A DNA stretch of 64,000 bases. Source: Balanoglossus misakiensis. Lineage: Eukaryota; Animalia; Hemichordata. The position numbers were made by a program, and so were the translations under genes. The stretch lies in assembly GCA_040954595.2 (NCBI GenBank), contig CM082589.2:11606894-11670893 (forward strand), written 5' to 3'. Shown in pieces: positions 53,301 through 64,000 of this stretch; position 1 is the stretch's first letter, and every line of letters starts with the position of its first letter. A model generated the notes under the pieces. The model did not search any database, was not told where the DNA came from, and saw only the letters and a list, made by a program, of their open reading frames with translations.

Positions 53301-55835
53301 GTTGGTCAAAATTTTCTGCCCAAATTGTGGGTGACCTCTGGGTGACCTTTGACCTACTTAACACTATATCAACAACAAACATAGATATAACCTTGATATT
53401 TCATGGGGATAAAACACAGCATTATGTTTCAACTCATTAATTATGTGCATATCTAATAATCAGATCAGATAATAGAGCTTGGGCCCGGACAATGCTGCTT
53501 GCAGCTTTAATTATTCTTCTTCTTCTTCTTCTTCTTCTTCCGAGAAATTCGGCCAGGTAGATCTGGAAAACCGCAGCACCTAGGGGGCTGAAACTTGGTA
53601 GGGTGGTAGGGGCCAATGAGTAGACGTGCAGTGGCTCGTGAATATTTAATTAGTCACGTGACCTGGCGGCCATATTGGATTTCCTGAAAATCGTTAAATG
53701 AGTCCTTCTCTAAAACCACTGGGCCGATCGAGTTCAAATTTGGTGTGCAGGTAGCCTACCTTATGTCCATCATTTTACCCCATTAAAATCATGACGTCAT
53801 ACATAACGTTTTTTTGCTACAATTGTTTTTCTGAAAAACTACCTAAAACTTTAAAAATCTTCTTCTCCAGAACCAGCGGTTACCGAGTCTCGGGATTTGG
53901 GATATGTGGTCACCTAACCTATGTCTATCAAGTTTGCGAAGCACACTGTGATTGGTCGATCATTATGGCGGCCATGTTGGATTTTCGGAAAACCATTGAA
54001 AAATGAAAATTCCGTTTTGTAGCCAAAATATTGACAGCACGGAAATTCTTTTTTTGGATATGAGTCATCATATGACCGGAAGTTGTCACAATTTTTCGGG
54101 GCAATTTTCACATGACCTTTGACCCAGTTTTAAAACAACTAATTATATATGCATATTCCCCATACCTCCTCTTGTCAAAGCACCACAGTCATGAATTTTG
54201 TGGACATGGGTACCAATGCAGCCAGGACATGGCAAAAATATTTTTGTAATTTTGGCAATGAACCTTGACCTATTTCTGAAACATCATGTTTCTGCATATC
54301 TAATTCCAGGCTAACCGATAGGGCTAGAGGTCTGTTTTTAGTTGGACATGGCCGACTCTGGGGTCAAAATTTTATGCCCAAATTTTGGGTGACCTTGGAT
54401 GACCTTTGATCTACTTTCCCATATCTCAGCATCCACAGCAGTTAGAGGCCTGGCTTTTGGGGGGCCGATGGAGCACATATGGAGTCTTACACAATACCTC
54501 ATTAATTATGCGCATACCTAATTCTAGGCGAACCAATAGAGCTAGGGGTCTGGTTTTTGTTGTACCTAGACTAGTATGGGGTCCGATTTTTTTGCCCAAA
54601 TTTGGGGTGACCTCAGGTGACCTTTGACCTACTTTCCAATATCTTGGTATCCACAGCCGATACACCCTTGGCATTTGCTGCTTACCATGGGAACCGCTTG
54701 TGCCCCGCCAACGCTGCTTGCAGCTTTAATTCTTCTTTATTATTATTCTTCTTCCGAGAAATATGTCATTGTACATCTGGAAAACCGCAGCACCTAGGGG
54801 GCTGAAACTTGGTAGGGTGGTAGGGGCCAATGGGTAGACGTGCAGTGGCTCGTGAATATTTAATTAGTCACGTGACCTGGCGGCCATATTGGATTTCCTG
54901 AAAATCGTTAAACGAGTCCTTCTCAAAAACCACTGGGCTGATCGAGTTCAAATTTGGTGTGCAGGTAGCCTACCTTCTGTCCATCATTTTAGCCCATTGA
55001 AATCATGACGTCACACAAAGTTTTTTTGCTACATTTGTTTTTCTGAATCACTACTTAAAACTTTAAAAATCTTCTTCTCCAGAACCAGCGATTGCCGAGT
55101 CACGGGATTCGGGGTATGTGGTCACCTAACCTATGTCTATCAAGTTTGCGAAGCGCACTGTGATTGGTCGATCATTATGGCGGCCATGTTGGATTTTCGG
55201 AAAACCATTGAAAAATGAAAATTCCGTTTTGTAGCCAAAATGTTGACAGCATAAAAATTCTTTTTTCGGATATGAGTCATCATATGACCGGAAGTTGTCA
55301 CAATTTTTCGGGGCAATTTTCACATGACCTTTGACCCGGTTTTAAAACAACTAATTATATATGCATATTCCCCATACCTCCTCTTGTCAAAGCACCACAG
55401 TCATGAATTTTGTGGACATGGGTACCAATGCTGCCAGGACATGACACAAATATTTTGGTAATTTTGGCAATGACCCTTGACCTATTTCTGAAACATCATT
55501 TTTCTGCATATATAATTCCAGGCTAACCAATAGGGCTAGAGGTCTGGTTTTAGTTGGACATGGCCCACTCTGGGGTCAAAATTTTATGCCTTACACTAGA
55601 CCTCATTAATTATGCGCATACCTAATTCTAGGCGAACCAATAAAGCTAGGGGTCTGGTTTTTGTTGGACCTAGACTAGTATGGGTTCCGATTTTTTTGCC
55701 CAAATTTGGGGTGACCTCAGGTGACCTTTGACCTACTTTCCCATATCTTGGTATCCACAGCAGATACAGCCTTGGCATTTGCTGTTTACCATGGGAACCG
55801 CTTGTGCCCCGCCAACGCTGCTTGCAGCTTTAATT
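44310..55835 (+). mobile_element. Stack of 8 non-autonomous Helentron/DINE-1-like elements (2 of family A, 6 of family B)
   Basis: Heads are hairpins (agggcccaagcgc..gcgcttgggccct; ggggcacaagc..gcttgtgcccc) followed by (TTTC)/(TTC) microsatellite; tails repeat the same subterminal IR plus gctgcttgcagctttaatt; block interrupts macrosatellite gaatttatt|cttattt. Confidence 0.75.
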
Positions 55836-56087
55836 CTTATTTATTTTGTAAAAAAGACAATTTTTCGAAAAAAAAGTCGAAAATGGTAATTTTGTCTTGG
55901 GTGATTCAAATTATACCGCCTTTTCTGGAATTTGCAGCACTTTTTACAAGAGAACGACACTTCATGCTCCATAATATTTCCGAAAATGAAGAAAAGAGTT
56001 AATTTTTTATGATTTTTTAAAAATTTACCATTTTTGTCAAAATATGGCCAAAATGGCTATTTTTTCTTGAATTCCGTCAATATCTCT

Positions 56088-59000
56088 TAGTCCGTGGGCT
56101 GAAGGGGTCCACCAGGCACCCCCCCCCCCCATAAACCTACCACTTGGGTATTTTTTGTTCTTTAGAACGTGCTGAACAAGAAAAAAGATGTTAACATTGA
56201 ATATTTTGGGTTGCACTACCCCTCCGGGGTGGTTTTTGAATGGTATGTGCCGCGAAAAATGGGTTGGGGTAGGGGGTACTATATTCTCTCCTAAAAAAAT
56301 AAAACTACCATGAAATTACATAAACCTCATATTTTTAGAAAGCTTAGATACTGGTCTTTCCCGAAACCCAACAAGAATAGATTTCACATGAAAAATTGGC
56401 GCCGTATTACATTGCTAAACACGGATGATAAGATTGCATCTGGTGTTATAGCAAACCGTATGAAACGGTTCTTGCCAAAAATTATTCACCCTGACTAGAA
56501 AGTTTTTTTGAGGAAAGGAAGGTATATTGGTGAAAATACACGTTTGATTGATGATGTATTGTTAACTTCAAAGATAGACAAGGTTTTCTTGTACTTCTAG
56601 ACTTTGAAATGGCGTTTGACACGCTTTCTTGGGAATTTATCGATAAAGCATTGAGAAAGTTTAATTTTTATCCCTCTTTCAGAAAATGGGTCAAAGTGTT
56701 TTATAAAAACACCACTAGTTGTGTTATAAATAACGGAAACTTTCCTGATTTTTCCCCTCGAGAGAGGTGTTAGACAAGGTGATCCTCTATCACCGTACCT
56801 GTTTATCACCTGTGTTGAAAAACTTGCGCATGAAATCAGAGCCCATAGTAATATAGAAGGAATTACACTTAGAGATAAAAAAAAATTACTGGGGCAATAC
56901 GCAGATGATATTTTTGTATATTTAGATGGTTCTGAAAGTTCTCTGACAAATCTGTTTGCTACCTTGGGTTTCTTTACTTTTCTGTCGGGTTTGCGAATTA
57001 ACTACCAAAAAACTAAATTGGTTTGGTTTGGCGCTAAATGCCATTCACATGATATTTTGTTGCCAAACAAGAACTTATTATGGGTTGATGAACCGTTAAC
57101 AGTTCTTGGTATTAACCTGAACGTTGATCTTGTTGGGCTCGATATGTTAAATTTTACACCAAAAGTAAGGGAAGTGTCCACACTGCTTACTAAGTGGTCA
57201 TGGCGACCTGTGACCTTATTTGGCAAGATTACAATAGCTAAAACACTTGCTTTGTCAAAGTTTATTCATATTTTCTCATCCTTACCTCCCATGTCAGATA
57301 ATCAAATATGTACACTTATTAGAGTTTTATCGGAATTCAAAACCCGATAAAGTCAATAGATTAAGATTATGTTGTAATTGTGATGAGTGGGGTTTGCGAA
57401 TGACCCATCTTCCCTCATTCGTTCAAGCAGTGCATGCTTCGTGGATTAACAGATTAATGTCCAATCAATATTCTCAGTGGATAGAAATGTTTAAACTGTG
57501 GGTATATCCCCTGCTATCTTACCCACTTCACCCCCGCTCAGGTCGTGGAGTTTGCCAGAAACAGATTTTCACGTCATAGCTTCTGGTACTCAGTACTACT
57601 ATGTTGGTCAAACCCCCCCCCCCCCGACCCTATTAATAACATAAAAAAGTGTATATGGTTCAACCAGAGCTGAAAGTTAACAACGCTACCATATTTTATA
57701 AAAACTGGTATGATAATGTTGTAATGTATATTTCGGATTTATTAGATTTTTCCGGTTCCATTTTATCTTTCCAAGATTTTAGTAACAGACATAATTTTTC
57801 ACCAAACTTCATATGGGTTTAATCAACGCTATTCCAAGATCACGGTTCAGAAAGATTCAGCAACAAGGCTCTGTAAATAATGACCACCCAAACATGTTTT
57901 ACACAAATAGATCCTGAAAAAAACCTACTCTATTTTACTTATAATAAGTTATTTTTGAAGAATAATCTTAAACCGATGAGATGTACGCAAAAATGGAAAG
58001 ACCTCTTCGGGAATTTTGATTCGCAATTACACTATGCTTTACCATTTATTGTAACAAAGGATTCTACTTTGCGTAATTTTCAATTCAGAACTGCTAGTAG
58101 AATCTGTACTACAAATACATTTTTAAAGATAAGGGGGAAAATGCGATTCTGTGAAATGCACCTTCTGTGAAAATTATGAGGAAATCCTTATACATTTATT
58201 TTTCGAATGCGACTGTATTTTGTCTTTTTGGAAGGATGTAGAGTTGCAATTACAGACAAAGTGTAATATTGCCATTGAGCTGTCCCCTTTTGATGTTTTG
58301 GTGGGTATAAAATAGAATTTTCAAAGTAACCACACAAACGGTGAGTGGTTAGCCCTGAATTACTTTATATTACTTTCAAAGAATGTTATCTTTAAATATA
58401 AATTTAAGCCAGTATTGCCAAACCTTCGCACATTTTTATCTTACCTCAATAATATACAAAAAATTGATACTTACCAAGCAAAGGCGATGGAGAATCACAC
58501 ACACTACAGGTACTGGAATATTTTCAAAAACTTCTGTACTTGAACATTTTGTTTTCTTTTGAGATGTAGAGATGTTTTGTCTAGTTTATGACAATAAAAA
58601 AAATAATCCAAACCTAAAAAGTTGTCAAAAATTTGCTTCACAAAAAGAAAAATCACAATAGTTGCTTTGTCTTTGGGGTGAATATTTTCAAAATTGCCGA
58701 AGAAAATAATTTAAAAATCATATAATTAAATAATCAAAAATTAATTTTACTCCCCGTAAAGAGCAGTGTCTAAGCTTTCTAAAAATATAAGGTTTATGTA
58801 CTTTGAAGTTAACTTTATTGTTGTAGGAGAGGATATAGTACCCCCTACCCCAAGACCATGCGTAATCCCATAGGATACATGCATTTCAAAGTTGTCTCTA
58901 AAGAAGTATTGTATTGTTATATAACTAATGTTAACATTTGTTTTCTTGTTTAATAAATAGAAGTCAATAATCCAAACCCCCAAAAGATGTCAAAAATTTG

Positions 59001-59416
59001 CTTCACAAAAAGAAAATCACAATTGTTGCGTTGTCTTTGGGGTGAATATTTTCAAAATTGCCGAAAAAATTAATTTAAAAATCATCTAATTAAATATTCA
59101 TAAATATTGTTTAATAAAGTTTGTGCTTCCCGTAAAGAGCAGTATCTAAGCTTTCTAAAAATATAAGGTTTATGTAATTTCATTGTAGTTTTATTTTTAG
59201 GAGAGAATATAGTACCCCCTACCCCAACCCATTTTTCGCCATTTTGAGCGGCACATACCATTCAAAAACCACCCCGGAGGGGTAGTGCAACCCAAAATAT
59301 TCAATGTTAACTTCTTTTTTTCTTGTTCAGCACGTTCTAAAGAACAAAAAAATACCCAAGTGGTAGGTTTATGGGGGGGGGGGGGTGCTCGGTGGACCCC
59401 TCCAGCCCACGGACTA
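56088..59416. mobile_element. Academ-like non-autonomous TIR element (~270-bp TIRs)
   Basis: TAGTCCGTGGGCTG...CAGCCCACGGACTA termini; 3-bp TSD TCT (56085-87, 59417-19); inverted similarity 56088-56360 vs ~59130-59416. Confidence 0.82.
56360..58603 (+). pseudogene. Decayed 5'-truncated L1/Tx1-clade LINE ORF2 (RT plus C-terminal Cys region)
   Basis: KNWRRITLLNTDDKI..RMK..LPKIIHPD, DFEMAFD, RGVRQGDPLSPYLF, QYADD, SGLRINYQKT, GKITIAKTLALSK, LRNFQFR, C.FC..E...HLFFEC; many stops and frameshifts; A-rich tail near 58593-58603. Confidence 0.85.
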
Positions 59417-62400
59417 TCTGCATTTTTGGAGTGGTCGAAAGTTTTAACATACAATCAACATGTCATATATGATCAGGGCACCAAATTCGAAGAACAAACG
59501 TTTTTTTAGTTTTTTTTTCTAAAAATGACATTTTCAAGGAAAATTTGGTAAAACGCAATTTTGTCAGCAGTGAGCCAAATTAGACGGTCTTTTGTGGAAT
59601 TTGTATCGATATATACATACGAAGAGCATTCTATACTCCATCAGATTTCCGAAAATGTAGAAAACAGGTATTTTTTGTAATTTTCAAAAATTTACCATTT
59701 CGACCTAATTGTTATTTTCGTGTTGAATGCCGCCAGTGTCACTGCCTTTAAAAGTCATAAAAACTTTTAACATACAAGCAATTCTTTATATATGATCAGG
59801 TCACCGAATTAAAAAAAATAAAGAATGTTTTGCCTAAAAATGACCTTTTTGGTGTAAAAACGAATAAAACGCAATTTTGTATTAAATCAGCTCATTCAGA
59901 GTGCATTTTTTATAATCAGCACCAATTTTACATATAATGGAAATTTCCTACCTCATCAGATATCCAAATATGAAAAAATGATTTAGATTTTAGATGATTG
60001 TCCAAAATTAGCTGATATCTAATAAATGTAGTAATGAACTGTTCCGTTTCCCCCCCCCCCCCCTCCCTTACATTATATGCGGTACACCGATTTCAGCTTA
60101 CCCGGCAGTACTGCAGGCCGTGCCCCCAACTAACGTCGGTGTTTGAAACGCCCTGGTTAAATTCTGGCTTTCTCTATAAATTGACAGGCAATAATGCAGT
60201 CCTACCCGAACAAATGTCGAGTGTTGACCCGCTGTGACTTTCCCTCTTCGGTTTGCCCGACTTAGCCATCGTCTTTGTACTAGAGTGTCCGGTCTTTTGC
60301 AGAGCCAGGCCGAAGGAAATCCGACTTGATCACCGTTGCTAACGAACGCTAGTGTCTGTCATGGTGTGCCGGGGTTTTAGTCGAGCCAGGCGTAGGAGAT
60401 CTGACTTGATCATCGTGGTCAATGTACGCGTGTTTCCGCTCTAAAGTGCCGGGGCTTCAGCTAAACCAGGCCGTAGGAAATCCGACGTAATCACCGTTGA
60501 TAACTTACGCCAGTCTGTGTCATATAGAGCCGGTGCACCAGCTGAGTCACGTCGTAGGAAATCTGACTTGATCAACGTGGTCAATGTACGCCTGTTTCTG
60601 CTCTAGAGTGCCGGGGCTTCAGCTGAGCCAGGCCGTAGGAAACCCGACGTGATTACCGTTGTTAACCTACGCCAGTCTGTGTCCTATATATAGTGCCGGG
60701 GCATCAGCCGTGCCAGGCCGAAGGAAATGTGAGTAGATCAACGTGGTCTCTGTACGCGTGTTTCAGCTCTAGAGTGCCAGGGCTTTAGCCAAGCCATGCC
60801 GTAGGAAATCTGACTTGATCAACGTTGCTAACGAACGCTAGTGTCTGTCATAGTGTGCCGGGGTTTTAGTCGAGCCAAGCCGTAGGAGATCAGACTTGAT
60901 CAACGTGGTCTCTGTAGGCGTGTTTCTGCTCTAGAGTGCCGGGGCTTTATCCAAGCCATGCCGTAGAAAATCTGACTTGATCACCGTTGCTAACGTACGC
61001 TAGTGTCTGTCATATTGTGACGGAGATTTAGCCGAGCCAGGCCGTAGAAAAATCGACTTGTTCAACGTTACCAGTGTGCAACTGTTTCTGCTCTAGAGTG
61101 TCAGGGTTTTAGCCGACTTATGCTGTAGGAAATCTGAGTTGATGAACGGGAATTCAATGTTAGAAAACCCGTGTGGAAAGTATCTCTACCCGCTTGAAAC
61201 TAAGAAAAGAATTTATTCTTATTTATTTTGTAAAAAAGACAATTTTTCGAAAAAAAAGTCGAAAATGGTAATTTTGTCTTGGGTGATTCAAATTATACCG
61301 CCTTTTCTGGAATTTGCAGCACTTTTTACAAGAGAACGACACTTCATGCTCCATAATATTTCCGAAAATGAAGAAAAGAGTTAATTTTTTATGATTTTTT
61401 AAAAATTTACCATTTTTGTCAAAATATGGCCAAAAATGGCTATTTTTTCTTGAATTCCGTCAATATCTCTGCATTTTTGGAGTGGTCGAAAGTTTTAACA
61501 TACAATCAACATGTCATATATGATCAGGGCACCAAATTCGAAGAACAAAGGTTTTTTTATTTGTTTTTCTAAAAATGACATTTTCAAGGAAAATTTGGTA
61601 AAACGCAATTTTGTCTGCAGTGAGCCAAATTAGACGGTCTTTTGTGGAATTTGTATCGATATATACATACGAAGAGCATTCTATACTCCATCAGATTTCC
61701 GAAAATGTAGAAAACAGGTTTTTTTGTAATTTTCAAAAATTTACCATTTTGACCAAATTGTGGCTAAAATTGTTATTTTCGTGTTGAATGCCGCCAGTGT
61801 CACAGCTTTTAAAAGTCATAAAAACTTTTAACATACAAGCAATTGTGTATATATGATCAGGTCAACGAATTAAAAAAATAAAGAATGTTTTGCCTAAAAA
61901 TGACCTTTTTGGTGTAAAAACGAATAAAACGCAATTTTTTATTAAATCAGCTCATTCAGAGTGCATTTTTATAATCAGCACCATTTTTACGTATAATGGA
62001 AATTTCATACATCATCAGATATCCAAATATGAAAAAATGAATTAGATATATTTAAGATGATTATCCAAAATTAGCTGATATCTGATAAATGTAGTATTGA
62101 ACCGTTCTGTTTCCCCCCCTACATTATATGCGGTACGCCGATGTCAGCTTACCCGGCAGTACTGCAGGCCGTGCCCCCAACTAACGTCGGTGTTTGAAAC
62201 GCCCTGGTTAAATTCGAGCTTTCTCTATAAATTGACAGGCAATAATGCAGTCCTACCCGAACAAATGTCGAGTGTTGACCCGCTGTGACTTTCCCTCTTC
62301 GGTTTGCCCGACTTAGCCAACGTCTTTGTACTAATGTGTCGGGTCTTTTGCAGAGCCAGGCCGAAGGAAATCCAACTTGATCACCGTTGCTAACGAACGC

Positions 62401-64000
62401 TAGTGTCTGTCATGGTGTGCCGGGGTTTTAGTCGAGCCAGGCCGTACGAGATCTGACTTGATCATCGTGGTCTATGTAAGCGTGTTTCCGCTCTAAAGTG
62501 CCGGGGTTTCAGCTAAACCAGGCCGTAGGAAATCCGACGTAATCACCGTTGATAACTTACGACAGTCTGTGTCATATAGAGCCGGTGCACCAGCCGAGTC
62601 ACGCCGTAGGAAATCTGACTTGATCAACGTGGTCAATGTACGCCTGTTTCTGCTCTAGAGTGCCGGGGCTTCAACTGAGCCAGGCCGTAGGAAACCCGAC
62701 GTGATTACCGTTGTTAACTAACGCCAGTCTGTGTCCTATATATAGTGCCGGGGCATCAGCCGTGCCAGGCCGAAGGAAATGTGAGTAGATCAACGTGGTC
62801 TCTGTACTCATGTTTCTGCTCTAGAGTGTCAGGGCTTTAGCAAAGCCATGCCGTAGGAAATCTGTCTTGATCAACGTTGCTAACGAACGCTAGTGTCTGT
62901 CATAGTGTGCCGGGGTTTTTAGTCGAGCCAAGCCGTAGGAGATCAGACTTGATCAACGTGGTCTCTGTACGCGTGTTTCTGCTCTAGAGTGCCGGGGCTT
63001 TATCCAAGCCATGCCGTAGAAAATCTGACTTGATCACCGTTGCTAACGTACGCTAGTGTCTGTCATATTGTGACGGAGATTTAGCCGAGCCAGGCTGTAA
63101 AAAAATCGACTTGTTCAACGTTACCAGTGTGCAACTGTTTCTGCTCTAGAGTGTCAGGGTTTTAGCCGACTTGTAGGAAATCTGAGTTGATGAACGGGAA
63201 TTCAATGTTAGAAAACCCGTGTGGAAAGTATCTCTACCCGTTTGGAACTAAGAAAAGAATTTATTCTTATTTATTTTGTGAAAAAGACAATATTTCGAAA
63301 AAAAGTCGAAAATGGTAATTTTGTCTTGGGTGATTCAAATTATACCGCCTTTTCTGGAATTTGCAGCACTTTTTACAAGAGAACGACACTTCATGCTCCA
63401 TAATATTTCCGAAAATGAAGAAAAGAGTTAATTTTTTATGATTTTTTAAAAATTTACCATTTTTGTCAAAATATGGCCAACATGGCTATTTTTTCTTGAA
63501 TTCCGTCAATATCTCTGCATTTTTGGAGTGGTCGAAAAATTTAACATACAATCAACATGTCATATATGATCGGGGCACCAAATTCGTAGAACAAAGGTTT
63601 TTTTATTTTATTTTTCTAAAAATGACATTTTCAAGGAAAATTTGGTAAAACGCAATTTTGTCTGCAGTGAGCCAAATTAGACGGTCTTTTGTGGAATTTG
63701 TATCGATATATACATACGAAGAGCATTCTATACTCCATCAGATTTCCGAAAATGTAGAAAACAGGTATTTTTTGTAATTTTGAAAAAAATTTCCATTTTG
63801 ACCAAATTGTGGCTAAAATTGTTATTTTCGTGTTGGTGCCGCCAGTGTCACTGCTTTTAAAAGTCATAAAAACTTTTAACATACAATTAATTCTTTATAT
63901 ATGATCAGGTCACCGAATTAAAAAAATAAAGAATGTTTTGCCTAAAAATGACCTTTTAGGTGCAAAAACGAATAAAACGTAATTTTGTATTAAATCAGCT

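Larger units (their letters stand above)
18589..64000. repeat. Macrosatellite, ~1.89-2.29-kb unit (AT-rich half plus 81/162-bp subrepeat half), 7 units plus a partial one, interrupted by several transposable elements
   Basis: The (c/t)tgcatttttggagtg(g/a)tcgaaa anchor recurs at 18589, 20882, 22771, 35585, 42344, 59418, 61469 and 63515; internal ccgtaggaaa every 81 bp (19801, 19882, 19963, 20044). Confidence 0.95.

Noticed and set aside
20550-63882. Recurrent 60-120-aa ORFs in macrosatellite and Helentron-like units
   Set aside because: Reading frames are not preserved between copies, non-ATG starts are common, and no domains were recognised

Overview
Eukaryotic (most likely marine-invertebrate, by inference), repeat-dense, heterochromatin-like window; I found no recognisable host gene. 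Left: degraded repeats and a 160-bp tandem repeat, then an ~8.2-kb 86/81-bp satellite (4812-13022). At the junction between that satellite and a ~1.9-2.3-kb macrosatellite sits a 5.57-kb DNA transposon (13023-18588). It has imperfect CACT(A/G)-TIRs and an apparent 3-bp TSD, and encodes a spliced RAG1/Transib-like DDE transposase plus a convergent, intact 206-aa ORF of unknown family. This is the RAG1/RAG2-type layout with a non-RAG2 partner, and it is the most interesting object here. The macrosatellite (18589-64000, 7 units plus a partial one) is interrupted by: a full-length BEL/Pao LTR element carrying a nested CR1-like LINE; a dimer of TAG..CTA TIR elements with an apparently flipped core; a PAT/DIRS-type tyrosine-recombinase retrotransposon; an 11.5-kb nested stack of Helentron/DINE-like elements; and an Academ-like TIR element containing a decayed L1/Tx1 fragment. 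All calls come from reading the sequence by eye; no database searches were run.
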